Shown piece after piece: positions 10,363 through 20,756 of a stretch of DNA of 64,000 bases; within the stretch, counting starts at the first letter, position 1; each line of letters opens with the position of its first letter. The position numbers were made by a program, and so were the translations under genes. Below the pieces are notes generated by a model. It was not told the DNA's origin, made no database searches, and saw only the letters and a list, made by a program, of their open reading frames with translations. The stretch is from a virus (lineage: Duplodnaviria > Caudoviricetes): IMG/VR virus record IMGVR_UViG_3300033067_001382, positions 17,596-81,595 of that record; one strand, given 5' to 3'.

Positions 10363-12896
10363 CAGACGCCTCGATTTAGCAAGTGACCCTTGAGTCGGAA
10401 TACACTGGCGGACGTGTCGTTGGGAGTAGAATCCTCAAAAGCGACGAAGTTTTGATCGTCGAAGGATGCCCAACGCTGCAACATCATGAGAAGTAGAGTG
10501 CCCTTCCGCGCATAGGTTGTATCGGCGGTCAGCTCGACAATAACCGGCAAGAGCACCTTGTGGCGCTTGGGGTAGCTGAGCACCTGACCGAAGGCGGAAG
10601 GTTGGTACACCGACGAGAGCGCGTTGGGAAAGAACGTTCGACCTTCTGCATCGACGTCTCCAGAGATCCGCGTGAAACTGACTTCTTCCGAATTGGGCGT
10701 GTAGGGCACATTCGCAAGAATTTTGAGGAGACCTGTCGTACCGCTGAAGTCCGCAATCGAGACCGTTGACGTCCCATTGAGTCCGTGCTCACCCGAGAAG
10801 GAGCCGGACGCTATACCGCCCGTCTGAACGTACGCCTGAGGGAATGGGTAGCCTTCGTCAGGCGACCCGGAACCTTGCGTGAGGACATATAGGAAAGGGG
10901 AAATATAGCGAGGCCGGACGCTCAACGATGTACCCAAGTTGGCACTGCGAAGAGTCTGTTGCGCGAGGGCCTCGTAGTACATCGTGACCTGCACGGTGTT
11001 CTCCGGAATGGGCCGCAGCGCCTTATAAGTTATCGTCAACGTTTGACTAGGCGATGTCGACCCGGCATTCAACGTGATGGTGCGACCATCCGTCGAGATT
11101 GAGAACGATCCACCGTAAGGAACTCCCGCAATGATAATCGATGAAACGCTGTGAGCCCGCTCAGGAAGCCGGATTAGGTTCGTTCCTACGCTAGACTCAG
11201 AGGAGAGTGACACCGTGATATTGCTCGTCCGGTACATCAATTCCACTTCACGGTGGGTTGCATCGATGTTGGCTGTCAAAGGGACTAAAGGATCGTAGAA
11301 GTGCGGAGAAACTTGAGGAAAGGACCCTGGGTTGTTAATCTCGAAAGAATCGGCCCCGAAAGTCCGTGACGGAGTACGGATCAACCCACTTCCCGGAGGG
11401 TATGCCACCAGGATGTCGATGTAGAGTGTTTCGTCGGTGATGCTAAGTGCCGTGACGGTTCCGAGCGACAAGGTGATTGTCGACGGAGTATCATCGACAA
11501 GATTTGTAATAGATGCTATTGGGGCGGCGACCCCCTGCTTAGCCCCAGTGGTTCCGGCGAAGCGAGCCCCAACGATGTCAAGGAACTTTGTTCCAGTTGG
11601 TGCGCGGCTCCCGAACGGAACTCCCGTATAGGGGTAGATGTTCATGTTCGAAAAGCTGATGACAACATTCTCGCCGTTTGTCCAAGTCGGACCCGCTGGG
11701 GTCCTGGTGATCGTGATGACCTCGTAAGTCGCACGATCACTGAACCGACGCCGACCGGCATCGAACTGGCCGATGAATGCAGCTCCGGTACCACTAGGCC
11801 CCGTGTTGATTGAGTCTCCTGGAGAGAGTCCGGCTGCGTCGGCCATAAAAACCGTGTGGCCCTTATAGCCGCCGGCATCACCAAACGACTCCCACTCGGT
11901 TCGAAGATTGTTGTCCAACAGTAGTTGGACATTCTTCTCCAGAACTTCCCGGAAATCCCACCCATTGAGCGAAACTCCGCGGCGAAGGTCAACAATGTCC
12001 TTCGCTTCCACGAAGTCATGCGTGGCACTATCCGGACGAGCCGAGCCACCATTGCGATTCAGACGACGATCGAATGCCGCTTGGTTTCGACGGAAGACCG
12101 CCACCAACGGAACCGCATACATCAGATCATCAACCGTACCCAACCCCGGATCGGAAGCAACCCAGAGGCCGGGGTCAACCGGAGAAACCGTGTAATTGAC
12201 TGCCGTGGCGGTACCGTTAGGTAATGCGGGTGCCGACGGAACAGTATGGGCAAACACATTGACATGGTCAATGCCCATGGGGTTGGTAAAAAGATCGACG
12301 TCCTGGATGACACGAAGTCGGTATTGAATCTGAACGCGCTTGGTCGACTCGATCCCGAGGGTGACATCCTTGATGTTATCTATCAGATTAAGTCCTTCAT
12401 CGACCGCATCAATGGCAACGTTTCCGTTCCGCCAAATCTTCTGTGAGTGGCTCTTACCATTGGCATCAGGTGATGCTGCAATAAGCCTTCGCCAGACTTC
12501 CAAGATGACCAAATCCGTTCGAGGATTCGTACCTCCGCTGACCGGAGCCGCTCCAAGGTCAACCGTATTATAGGTGGCTTCACCGGAGTTGACCACGTCA
12601 ACAACCCAGCCATTGACATACGCCGTCAGAGGCGGCATGCGCAGCTTATTAGCTGAAGGGGCCGAGACAAAGACTCCCGCAGCATGGCCAGAATTGCCAA
12701 GGAAATCATCCGATAGCCAGCCCGAGGGGACCGCCTTCCGACCAAGCAGACGTGTCATCTCGGTCGAGATGTCGCCTACCAGATTCAGCTCCTTATCGAG
12801 AACCGGCTTCCCCATCTGGAAAACCGTCGTCTCGAACGCGTAATTGTCCGGGTCTAGGTAGTTGGATACAAGCGGGCCAAGGTTCTTTTGAGTCAT
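10362..12896 (-). CDS. Virion structural protein (844 aa), paralog of 99..4478
   Basis: Shared N-terminal motif series with the 1459-aa protein; GGAG RBS. Confidence 0.7.
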   Translation of the reverse strand: MTQKNLGPLVSNYLDPDNYAFETTVFQMGKPVLDKELNLVGDISTEMTRLLGRKAVPSGWLSDDFLGNSGHAAGVFVSAPSANKLRMPPLTAYVNGWVVDVVNSGEATYNTVDLGAAPVSGGTNPRTDLVILEVWRRLIAASPDANGKSHSQKIWRNGNVAIDAVDEGLNLIDNIKDVTLGIESTKRVQIQYRLRVIQDVDLFTNPMGIDHVNVFAHTVPSAPALPNGTATAVNYTVSPVDPGLWVASDPGLGTVDDLMYAVPLVAVFRRNQAAFDRRLNRNGGSARPDSATHDFVEAKDIVDLRRGVSLNGWDFREVLEKNVQLLLDNNLRTEWESFGDAGGYKGHTVFMADAAGLSPGDSINTGPSGTGAAFIGQFDAGRRRFSDRATYEVITITRTPAGPTWTNGENVVISFSNMNIYPYTGVPFGSRAPTGTKFLDIVGARFAGTTGAKQGVAAPIASITNLVDDTPSTITLSLGTVTALSITDETLYIDILVAYPPGSGLIRTPSRTFGADSFEINNPGSFPQVSPHFYDPLVPLTANIDATHREVELMYRTSNITVSLSSESSVGTNLIRLPERAHSVSSIIIAGVPYGGSFSISTDGRTITLNAGSTSPSQTLTITYKALRPIPENTVQVTMYYEALAQQTLRSANLGTSLSVRPRYISPFLYVLTQGSGSPDEGYPFPQAYVQTGGIASGSFSGEHGLNGTSTVSIADFSGTTGLLKILANVPYTPNSEEVSFTRISGDVDAEGRTFFPNALSSVYQPSAFGQVLSYPKRHKVLLPVIVELTADTTYARKGTLLLMMLQRWASFDDQNFVAFEDSTPNDTSASVFRLKGHLLNRGV

Positions 12897-12915
12897 TCCA
12901 AGTTCTCCGCTATGA

Positions 12916-13620
12916 TCAGAAGGTCAACCGCCAAACAATTTGAAGGGTCGATGTAGCTGGTTTGTTGATGACGGCGAACGTTAAGTAATTGACCAGTGTC
13001 TCCCGAGTGGTAAGGTCTACGAGAGGGTTGTAGGCCCCGTTAGGAGGCGTGACCGGATTCTTGACAGCAAGATTTGTGCTGATGTTGCCGCCGATGATTC
13101 CCATTTCAACGAGCGGGCCGACGGCCTCGGACTCGGTGAAAGTCGCGGTGAAGTCCACCACGTTGGTCGGAATCGCCGAAGGGGCTCCACCGCTGTCAAC
13201 AAATTGAGTCAACGAGAAGGTTTTTCGGCTCAGCTCAGAGTAGAGCGAACGCTGCGTGTTCGTAGCGGCCGGAGGCGACATCGGATTCCAGGGTCCATCT
13301 CCCGTCCCAACTGCCAGAACGTAGCAACTTTTTGGGGGTTCTTGGCTATCCTTCATCAACCGAGCAATCAAAATACTCGCGTCTTTGACAATCAAGTTCC
13401 TTTTTTCACGGTAATCAAGAACCTCTTGACTCCTGGAGTCCCGAACGGTGATGAAGACATCTCCACGGATACCAACGCGGGCATCCTCGTGGTGGGTGGC
13501 TGTCAAGGCCGACTTCGAATCTGATGAAACTTGACCATAGAATTCTTGATAGGCCGCACTGCATGCCGACTTGACACTTGCCCCTACACGCCCAAAGACA
13601 TCTCGAATCCTCATGCTCAT
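12916..13620 (-). CDS. Tail-fibre N-terminal/collar-type baseplate attachment protein (234 aa)
   Basis: NLIVKDA...LAVGTG...T..SLYSEL.RK...F...EA.G.L.EMG..GG...NY.TF..INK pattern, as in gpH-N/collar-like domains. Confidence 0.65.
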   Translation of the reverse strand: MSMRIRDVFGRVGASVKSACSAAYQEFYGQVSSDSKSALTATHHEDARVGIRGDVFITVRDSRSQEVLDYREKRNLIVKDASILIARLMKDSQEPPKSCYVLAVGTGDGPWNPMSPPAATNTQRSLYSELSRKTFSLTQFVDSGGAPSAIPTNVVDFTATFTESEAVGPLVEMGIIGGNISTNLAVKNPVTPPNGAYNPLVDLTTRETLVNYLTFAVINKPATSTLQIVWRLTF

Positions 13621-13657
13621 CTCCTAGTTTCAATTGGGGAGAGCATAAGTAGAACCG

Positions 13658-14485
13658 TCACGGTTGTAGCGGGATTATAACGGTCGAACCCGGCGGAATC
13701 GGTCCAGCGATATTGGCCGTGATGAAAGTCCCAAGGCTTCCATTCCCATTCAACGTGTAGAACGGGTTGTTGAGGTAAGATACGTAGTTGGGGTCGAACA
13801 ACTCGTTCAAGGTTGCCTGCGCGAAGGTGTTGTCGATGGCACCCGCATATGTATCGTTTCGGAGGTCTTGAACCACCACTTGTGCTTCCGCAGCGATTCC
13901 GAGTGGGCCATAGAGCACTGCCTGATTGAGGTAGGTCTGAGGCACTGGGGGCCCGAAGGTGTGTAGAATCTGGTTTTGCGTAATTTGCGGCGGAAGCTGA
14001 TAGACGTCGTAAGCTCGGGTGCACGCCGACGCCGAAGTCAATTCGATCGAGGAATTGGCTGTAGGGGTCGTCAATGCCGGCGAGAAGAAGAGCAAACCGG
14101 ACGAGATCCCATAGAGCCCACCTGAGACCTCCCCAGTAAACCGACTGGAGGAAACAATAGCCGACCGAAGTTGACCCGGCCAAACGAAAGTCTGAAGGGC
14201 CGGAGTGTAAGGACTCGCCAACGTAGTGATGACTGCACCACTGAGCGTCAAGTGATACGCCAAGAGTGGGGTAATCGGTGTGCCAGAGTCAAGTGTCAAG
14301 CTGACTGAGCGGATCTGAGAAGCGGACACCACCGAAACGGAAAGAACCGTCAGGGTGTTTCCATCATCATCGGTCAGTGCATAACTACTCGGGTCGACCA
14401 ACGCACTGTTGTTCGCAGCAGGGTCCGAAAAAACAAGGTGGATTCGAGTAGGACTATCGCCACGAACGATGTAACTCGGCATCAC
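13658..14485 (-). CDS. Hypothetical structural protein with an N-terminal Ig-like domain (275 aa; ATG at 14482 is the likelier start)
   Basis: TRIHLVFSDP...DPSSYAL...VLSV..V resembles the Ig-like repeats of the 1799-aa protein. Confidence 0.55.
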   Translation of the reverse strand: MMPSYIVRGDSPTRIHLVFSDPAANNSALVDPSSYALTDDDGNTLTVLSVSVVSASQIRSVSLTLDSGTPITPLLAYHLTLSGAVITTLASPYTPALQTFVWPGQLRSAIVSSSRFTGEVSGGLYGISSGLLFFSPALTTPTANSSIELTSASACTRAYDVYQLPPQITQNQILHTFGPPVPQTYLNQAVLYGPLGIAAEAQVVVQDLRNDTYAGAIDNTFAQATLNELFDPNYVSYLNNPFYTLNGNGSLGTFITANIAGPIPPGSTVIIPLQP

Positions 14486-14820
14486 TCACCCCGCTTTTTG
14501 ATGATGTTACGATAAAGCTGCTCGTTATTGGGCGCTGGAGGTTCTAATCGCTTTGGTTTTTGTCGAGTTGGAGGAAGTAATACCAGCATGTTGCCATTAA
14601 GCCTACCCTCTCCAATCAATTCTGCTTCCAGTACGTAATCGGCCTCGAATTCAGCCAGAACCTCGGCGTTACCCTCCAAGAACGCGTCAAGCGGTTTCTG
14701 GATCAAGAGGTAGGCAGTCATCTCCCCAAAGCCCTCAAGGACAGCCGACATAGAAAAGTCCTCGTCATCCAAGGCTCCCCCATATTCCGACGTTCCAAAT
14801 TCTTTGGTGCCGTACGACAT
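14482..14820 (-). CDS. Small hypothetical protein (112 aa)
   Basis: GAGG RBS; YGxxxFGxxxYG N-terminus; three LxAxLxGxGxL-like repeats; basic C-terminal tail. Confidence 0.55.
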   Translation of the reverse strand: MSYGTKEFGTSEYGGALDDEDFSMSAVLEGFGEMTAYLLIQKPLDAFLEGNAEVLAEFEADYVLEAELIGEGRLNGNMLVLLPPTRQKPKRLEPPAPNNEQLYRNIIKKRGE

Positions 14821-14826
14821 AACTCC

Positions 14827-17800
14827 TCAACCATCCACGAAAAATGAAACGGTACCTGCTGTGGGGTCTCTCACGAGTCGGTACTGATGTGGTAGATTGT
14901 CGAGGAAGTCGAATAGCACTTCCGCGAGCGTGTCTCCAGACTGCATGTCAAGGAGCCGCACAACACGATCACCGTAGGGGTCGGTGAGGAATGCAAGTGC
15001 GGCAGTCATCCCGAAAGCGCTAAAACCAACCCGAACCCCCGTGTCGCCCGTTCCACCGCTAGAATCGGTGAGAACCTTAAAGGTGAACTTGACTTCGGTC
15101 GGAAGGCTCGTTGCTGAAGGCAAGGATGTCGGGTTGCGGTATATAGTGGTGGTACTCCCAGTGGTTGAATAGGTCAATACCCCTCCGAAGGATGTCACTT
15201 GGACATCGGAAGGCGAGACCGAGTTCAGACTCCAAGGAGTCGGTGCATTGGAGTCCAATTCCGGGAATGTCGCTCCATCGTAATGCAGGCAAACATCCTT
15301 CTTAAACGATATAGACCCAAGCCCGACCGGTCCCAGGGAGTCATCCATCGGATAGAGGAGGTCGGTCTCGCCTTCACTCCGCTCGGTAACTTCGAGAGAG
15401 TTGTAAAGGACATCGTTCGGAACCAACAGCCGAACTCGGGTTTTAGCATCGTTCAGCACGAAATCTGAGTCACTGTTGAGCACATCCTCAGGCCGATTAA
15501 GCCCCGAAAGCGACTCAAAGATCGGGGTGGGCTTCCGCACTTCGGATGTCTGAGTTTGCGGAACAAGCGGTGTTCCCTCGTTGAGCTTGGTGAATGCTTT
15601 GTGGTTAGCATCATCGTACAGCTCCTTAAGCGGAATGCCTGTCGAGCTGGACCAGAAATTCGTGTGGCGGTGCGCGACCGACGTGAATAGATGGTCCGGC
15701 GACGCCATGATGTTGCGCTGGTTGAGTACCATGTGATGGGGCACGATTCGCTGCTCACTGAGAGAGCGAGTGATTCCGTAGCGGACGAAGTCCCAACCGC
15801 TTTGGGACAAGTTCGTTGGGTCAAATGCACCAAAGACAATCGAAGGAACTCCGTTGGTAAGCTGACGCCAGAGTCCCACCGAGTTGGACGGAAGGTCGGA
15901 GTCATATTCAAGATCAATCAGCACTTGGGAGTCAACGCTGAGCTTGATGTTGCCGGAGCGATCTCGAACGAGACGGTAGTTGTGAAACTGCGTCCAATCA
16001 ACTTCACGAGGAACACGATATAGAACCGGCACCGCAGGAACAGGGAAAGGCGTGGTCAACGTCAGAGTGGTGGCGTTGACCCGAGCAGCAACGTCATATA
16101 CTCCTCGGTTAACTCCACCGTCGACGATGATGACATCTCCTGCATCGACGTCATTGATAACGAATGACCCACCTGCATCGGTCAAGGTAGTAGAGTCCAG
16201 TACCATGCCAGTACGGTCACGAAGCTTGGTCGGAAGATGGTAACCCAACAACGAGTCAGGATCATGCCCTCGCCAGACTCCCAAGTACTTCTGCACTGAG
16301 ACGTCAGCTACCCGCCATGCATTGACATACGCCCACTCAGTGTCACTCAGAGCACCAAGGCTCGACCCATCAGGAGTTGCGGTCCCAAAAGAAACCGTGG
16401 GGTTCCCTGCCGAGGTCACGAATGCTGAATAGGCTACCGACCCGATGAAGAGGGTGTCGACAAACAGGGTGACTAAGTCACCCAAGGTGTTCTTAACAAG
16501 ACGGTAGGTGTGGAACAACCCATCGTCCCATGCGAATTGGAACTGGACGGGGTTGGAGGGCATCCCGAGGATGACCCCATCTGAGTGGAACGCAAGAGTT
16601 GTCCCCAGCAGAGGGTCTTCTCGAAAGAGAAGACCCAGGGTCTTGACACCATCGAAAATGTCCGCCGTGACTCCTGCAAAGCAAGATCCGTTCAGACCCG
16701 TATCGGTTGCGGTAAATGAATTGACCTTGACTCGGAATTCCAAGATGTAATCAAGAGTCGTTTCAATGACGCGGTCTGGAGTGACTCCAGCCTCAAAGTC
16801 ATTGACGTGGTAGACCACACCGTCCGAAACGATCGTATCTTCGATATGAAGCGCTCGTCCAAGCATGCTAGTGGTGATACCTGGAAGCGTCGTGATTGTG
16901 TTCCGCTCCCAGCCGACCGGAGTTGCGTTCTCCGGCAGGACTCGACCACCGTAGCTAAACTTAGGTGAAGGATTCTTGGCAAGCATGCTGACCTGAATCA
17001 GCTTCTTTCCATCATCCATCGCGAGAGTCATTGCATTTGGAGCAATTCCCTGCGTCCACGTCCGAAGCTGCATTTTCCAATCAACCGCCGCATCCGCGGC
17101 AGCCGTCAGTAGCGGCTCAAATCGAACCAGACCTCGAAAATCACCGTCGACCAGACCCACGAGTGCGCTGGTCATTGCATCGGTGGCGGAGGTGCTATCA
17201 AGCACAAGGACATCACCTCCCGAAATAGTTTCCGTCCCGTGGTATCCAACTGGAGTCCACGGATTGAAGTCACGTTCCGGAAGAGTGTTGCCCTCATAAC
17301 TGACAAAAACTGCCGGAGCCGACTGAATGGGGTTAGTTGGAAGAATAAGGTAGCGGTAGAAGTCCCAATCCGAAGAACTGGTGGCTTCCCGACTGAGACT
17401 TCCGAAGTAAGCCCCTTGGATCTGATCAAAGGGATCATTCAGCTCATACAGGAAAGGCAGCTCGTCCTTGGTGATGCGCAGGATCTCAATGACCCCACCA
17501 TCCACAAAGAGCTTGACAATCCCATCTCGATCCTGGAAAAGACGGTAACTGTGAGGGATTGTTACATCAAAATCCTGTGGGAGTCCCGTGGGTTCATTCG
17601 ATTCGTTAATTGCACCTGTCCAGGCGGCCATTGGGGCAGGGTTGTCCCCGTACCCCTGACGAAGGAAGCCAATTTTGTAGGTGGAGCCATCCTTGAGATA
17701 CCCCACCACAACGGCCTTTTCATCATCTGACCAGCCGGCTGCAACTCCGGAGAAGACTCCATTGAGCACCGGAGTATCAGTGAGTGACATACGCCAAGTT

Positions 17801-20226
17801 GCCGCAAAGACGTGAGGGTAGGTAACGTCGATCGAGCGAGTCCAAAAAAGTGGAAGTCCCGTCGGAAAGTTGCCAGAGGAAGTATCATTGACCGAAAGCG
17901 TTCCGGACGTGACCGAATAGGTTCCATTGCCTACGCGAGTCCACGCCGGAAAACTCGACTCTGGAAGTGTGTCAGCATTGTATTGTACTGAGATCGTCTC
18001 GATGGGGCGCGAAAGTGGTGCGTCAGCAATTCGGTGAATGGGGCTATTGAGTCGCAGTAAATTGGGATCGTTGAGAACTGCCGTGTACTTTCTCTCAAAA
18101 GCTCGGTAGAAGAGCTGGCGCTCCAGAGGCTGTGCCAATACCGATTGACAATCGTCGGCCACATAGCCACTAGGCTTGACCAGAACATTGTTGTAGCGGT
18201 AGTTGTGTTGGTTCGGGTTCGGAATCTGCCTATTGTCACGGTTCCAGTTATTAAGCACAAACTCCCGCGAATTCAAGCGACGGATATCAATGGTCGGGTT
18301 CGACACCCAGTGGTAATCCACCTTGACATCGTCATCTTCTTCCGGGGCAGCGGCAAGCACAATCTGCCCCATAAGTCCAATGACCGCCACCGGCTCAACC
18401 GGAACACCGTTGACACGAACTGTAACATCACTCGGGTCGTCGGCAATCTGGCCATTACGCGGATCAATGACCGACCAGTTTAGGTTGGTAGCCGTCTGAA
18501 GAGACCCTTGCACGCGAAGACTGGTTGACGTGAGAAGCGCGACAATTCGGTACGATTCCCCCGCTAGATTGAGGTACTTACCAACCACATCGGATGAGAA
18601 GTTTGCACTTGAACAAATCACATCAGTAGGGTTGATTACCGTGCCATCCACACCACTAGATAGGGTGAGCGGAGGCTTGGAAATGGGACCTCGATCAGTA
18701 AAGATCGACCGCTGCGTCAGCGGAGTGCTGCTGATGAAAATTGCTTCGTTGAAGAAGGGGTTGGTTACCTGCCAATCCAACCCAATCTCAATATTTAGAG
18801 TGCCTTCAACTTGCAGAGTATCAGCAGTAGGTCGATCAACAATCAGGTATTGGTTGGAGTTCGTTCCTGACAGCGTCAGATACCGCCCAACCACCGCAGA
18901 GGCAACAAAGGACTCCGAAGGAATCTGAACTGTCGTGCTGGTAAGCACATTAGCTGTTCCGATTCCACTATCAATAACTTCCGTGATAGGGTTACCGGCA
19001 ACATCCTTGGGGGTCCCTTTCGTGTTGACGATGATTTTGAATGAACCTTTCGTCAGCCCGCGAGTTCGAAGCATGACCTGCGTTGGGCCAACCGAATCGA
19101 CACTCATGACCTCAACCGGAGTTGGGCCTTCCACACGGTACTCAGAAACGCTTGTCAATTCGGAGTCCGGACGCATCGGCTCCGAATAAGTCAGCAAAAT
19201 CTGACCTTCAGGGAGACACTCAACATTGACAAGACGAGGCTTCGCTGCTTTGGCAACGAAGCAAGTGCTGAAATCCTGATGAATCCTGAGTGTCCGCGTG
19301 TTGCGAATACGCTTGCAAGTCAACCGATAGAGGGCCCCGTTAGTGCCCTTCGACGTTGTCAAGACAACTTTACTAACTCCGGTCGTTTGCCTCCACGAAG
19401 AAATTTCATCCGAGGGGCTCAGCGAACGATCGACTCGAACCCGAGTAGGAGAAACAACCTCTTCGATTCGAACACGGGTTGTCCCTGAGCCTTTTACCTC
19501 CAAATGAAGGAAGGAGCCAAGATCCGGTGCCGAGAAGTTCTTGTCAAGAACAATCTCATGCACTCCAGCTACCTGGCAAAGTTTACCATCGCGCAGCTCG
19601 TCAACTATCGGAGCAGCCGAAAGAACGTCGATGGGATAGCCCTTACCCTCTGACACAATGACGTAGTTACTGGCATCCGAAAGGCCACCAAAAGTACAAT
19701 CAAAAGGCAAAGTCAAGGAGAGGGTGGTCGGGGAGATAGCCTCGCAACCAAAGGTCGTGAGTTCAACAGTCTCCCCCACACGAAGACTCTCAACCGGGAT
19801 ATCCGGCCGCTGCGTCGTAGTTGACTCAATAGAGTCAACTACGTGGAGTCGCGGTGTTTCGGCGGGGTCACCTGGGGCTGATTCTTCCAGGTACTCTGAT
19901 AGAGTAAGGAGAACTTGGAAGTGAAGATGTGACTCGTAGTCAAGCCGCTCAGAAAGATTAAGAGATTCGTCCCAGTCAACTTTGACGATTCGAGTAGCTT
20001 CGACACCATCCTCTACAAAAAGGTCGTAAGAGTGCGTCGACGCCTGGTGGCGCGAAAAACGCGGCTGTTCGGTGAGGCGCAAAGTCTCACCGAACACGAC
20101 CGGCATAACCAGACGATCTACTTGAAGTGACTCAGATACCTTTAAACGAGAGTCAAATACATCGACCTCGATGAGATATACCTGTGGGCGTACTTCCCTG
20201 CCCGGGGGCCTGATAGGATTGCTCAA
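14827..20226 (-). CDS. Very large multidomain baseplate/fibre protein (1799 aa) with Ig-like and four ConA/LamG-like beta-sandwich domains
   Basis: Four Y...(L/F)PE...W starts and four H.YRL..D..G.V.(L/F).VD ends; two Ig-like segments; small beta modules. Confidence 0.65.
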   Translation of the reverse strand: MSNPIRPPGREVRPQVYLIEVDVFDSRLKVSESLQVDRLVMPVVFGETLRLTEQPRFSRHQASTHSYDLFVEDGVEATRIVKVDWDESLNLSERLDYESHLHFQVLLTLSEYLEESAPGDPAETPRLHVVDSIESTTTQRPDIPVESLRVGETVELTTFGCEAISPTTLSLTLPFDCTFGGLSDASNYVIVSEGKGYPIDVLSAAPIVDELRDGKLCQVAGVHEIVLDKNFSAPDLGSFLHLEVKGSGTTRVRIEEVVSPTRVRVDRSLSPSDEISSWRQTTGVSKVVLTTSKGTNGALYRLTCKRIRNTRTLRIHQDFSTCFVAKAAKPRLVNVECLPEGQILLTYSEPMRPDSELTSVSEYRVEGPTPVEVMSVDSVGPTQVMLRTRGLTKGSFKIIVNTKGTPKDVAGNPITEVIDSGIGTANVLTSTTVQIPSESFVASAVVGRYLTLSGTNSNQYLIVDRPTADTLQVEGTLNIEIGLDWQVTNPFFNEAIFISSTPLTQRSIFTDRGPISKPPLTLSSGVDGTVINPTDVICSSANFSSDVVGKYLNLAGESYRIVALLTSTSLRVQGSLQTATNLNWSVIDPRNGQIADDPSDVTVRVNGVPVEPVAVIGLMGQIVLAAAPEEDDDVKVDYHWVSNPTIDIRRLNSREFVLNNWNRDNRQIPNPNQHNYRYNNVLVKPSGYVADDCQSVLAQPLERQLFYRAFERKYTAVLNDPNLLRLNSPIHRIADAPLSRPIETISVQYNADTLPESSFPAWTRVGNGTYSVTSGTLSVNDTSSGNFPTGLPLFWTRSIDVTYPHVFAATWRMSLTDTPVLNGVFSGVAAGWSDDEKAVVVGYLKDGSTYKIGFLRQGYGDNPAPMAAWTGAINESNEPTGLPQDFDVTIPHSYRLFQDRDGIVKLFVDGGVIEILRITKDELPFLYELNDPFDQIQGAYFGSLSREATSSSDWDFYRYLILPTNPIQSAPAVFVSYEGNTLPERDFNPWTPVGYHGTETISGGDVLVLDSTSATDAMTSALVGLVDGDFRGLVRFEPLLTAAADAAVDWKMQLRTWTQGIAPNAMTLAMDDGKKLIQVSMLAKNPSPKFSYGGRVLPENATPVGWERNTITTLPGITTSMLGRALHIEDTIVSDGVVYHVNDFEAGVTPDRVIETTLDYILEFRVKVNSFTATDTGLNGSCFAGVTADIFDGVKTLGLLFREDPLLGTTLAFHSDGVILGMPSNPVQFQFAWDDGLFHTYRLVKNTLGDLVTLFVDTLFIGSVAYSAFVTSAGNPTVSFGTATPDGSSLGALSDTEWAYVNAWRVADVSVQKYLGVWRGHDPDSLLGYHLPTKLRDRTGMVLDSTTLTDAGGSFVINDVDAGDVIIVDGGVNRGVYDVAARVNATTLTLTTPFPVPAVPVLYRVPREVDWTQFHNYRLVRDRSGNIKLSVDSQVLIDLEYDSDLPSNSVGLWRQLTNGVPSIVFGAFDPTNLSQSGWDFVRYGITRSLSEQRIVPHHMVLNQRNIMASPDHLFTSVAHRHTNFWSSSTGIPLKELYDDANHKAFTKLNEGTPLVPQTQTSEVRKPTPIFESLSGLNRPEDVLNSDSDFVLNDAKTRVRLLVPNDVLYNSLEVTERSEGETDLLYPMDDSLGPVGLGSISFKKDVCLHYDGATFPELDSNAPTPWSLNSVSPSDVQVTSFGGVLTYSTTGSTTTIYRNPTSLPSATSLPTEVKFTFKVLTDSSGGTGDTGVRVGFSAFGMTAALAFLTDPYGDRVVRLLDMQSGDTLAEVLFDFLDNLPHQYRLVRDPTAGTVSFFVDG

Positions 20227-20242
20227 GGCCCGACCTCAACCA

Positions 20243-20728
20243 TCATTCGCCAAGCGTAATGGTGAACTTGACTCGCAGGGTATCATTCGTGCGAAGCACA
20301 CGGATCCCTGGAAAAAGTACTTCATGAGCCATCCGGCCGCCGGTAGAGGTATCAAAAAGGGCCGCCTTACGCACCGTTTGTTCAGCTCCCGTGAACGTGA
20401 AGGTATTCTCGACCACCGTGACATTGCTACCCGGAGAAGCGATCAATACCGTTCCCTGAGCCCGTGCTAGGCCATGCTGAGTCAGCTCAGCGCCCAAAGC
20501 AGTGTCGGCGGCATCTGGTGGGTTAGCGTCGTTGCTGAGTGCGACCCAATTGAAGCCAGTACCCAAAACCTCGCGCTGAGCCGGGGTCGCATAAGCATAC
20601 TTGTGTATCGTCGCCAAACCTACGTTGGTGACAATGTTCCCAACCTCTTCGACTCCGAGGATCTCTCCGTCGCGGAGATGGGTAAAGGTTACCTTCGCTT
20701 GCGGGCCGTTCTTGATGGTCTGATTCAT
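20243..20728 (-). CDS. Collar-type / tail-fibre attachment protein (161 aa), paralog of 12916..13620
   Basis: NIVTNVG...ALS....P.AADTAL..EL...AR...F...EA-like/ALF..STGG.M motif series; AGGAG RBS. Confidence 0.65.
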   Translation of the reverse strand: MNQTIKNGPQAKVTFTHLRDGEILGVEEVGNIVTNVGLATIHKYAYATPAQREVLGTGFNWVALSNDANPPDAADTALGAELTQHGLARAQGTVLIASPGSNVTVVENTFTFTGAEQTVRKAALFDTSTGGRMAHEVLFPGIRVLRTNDTLRVKFTITLGE

Positions 20729-20756
20729 TTTGTCTAAGCTCTCCTAAGAGAAACCG

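Noticed and set aside
99-12896. Diversity-generating retroelement acting on the paralogous fibre genes
   Set aside because: Similarity is at the protein level only; no near-identical TR/VR pair or reverse transcriptase was seen
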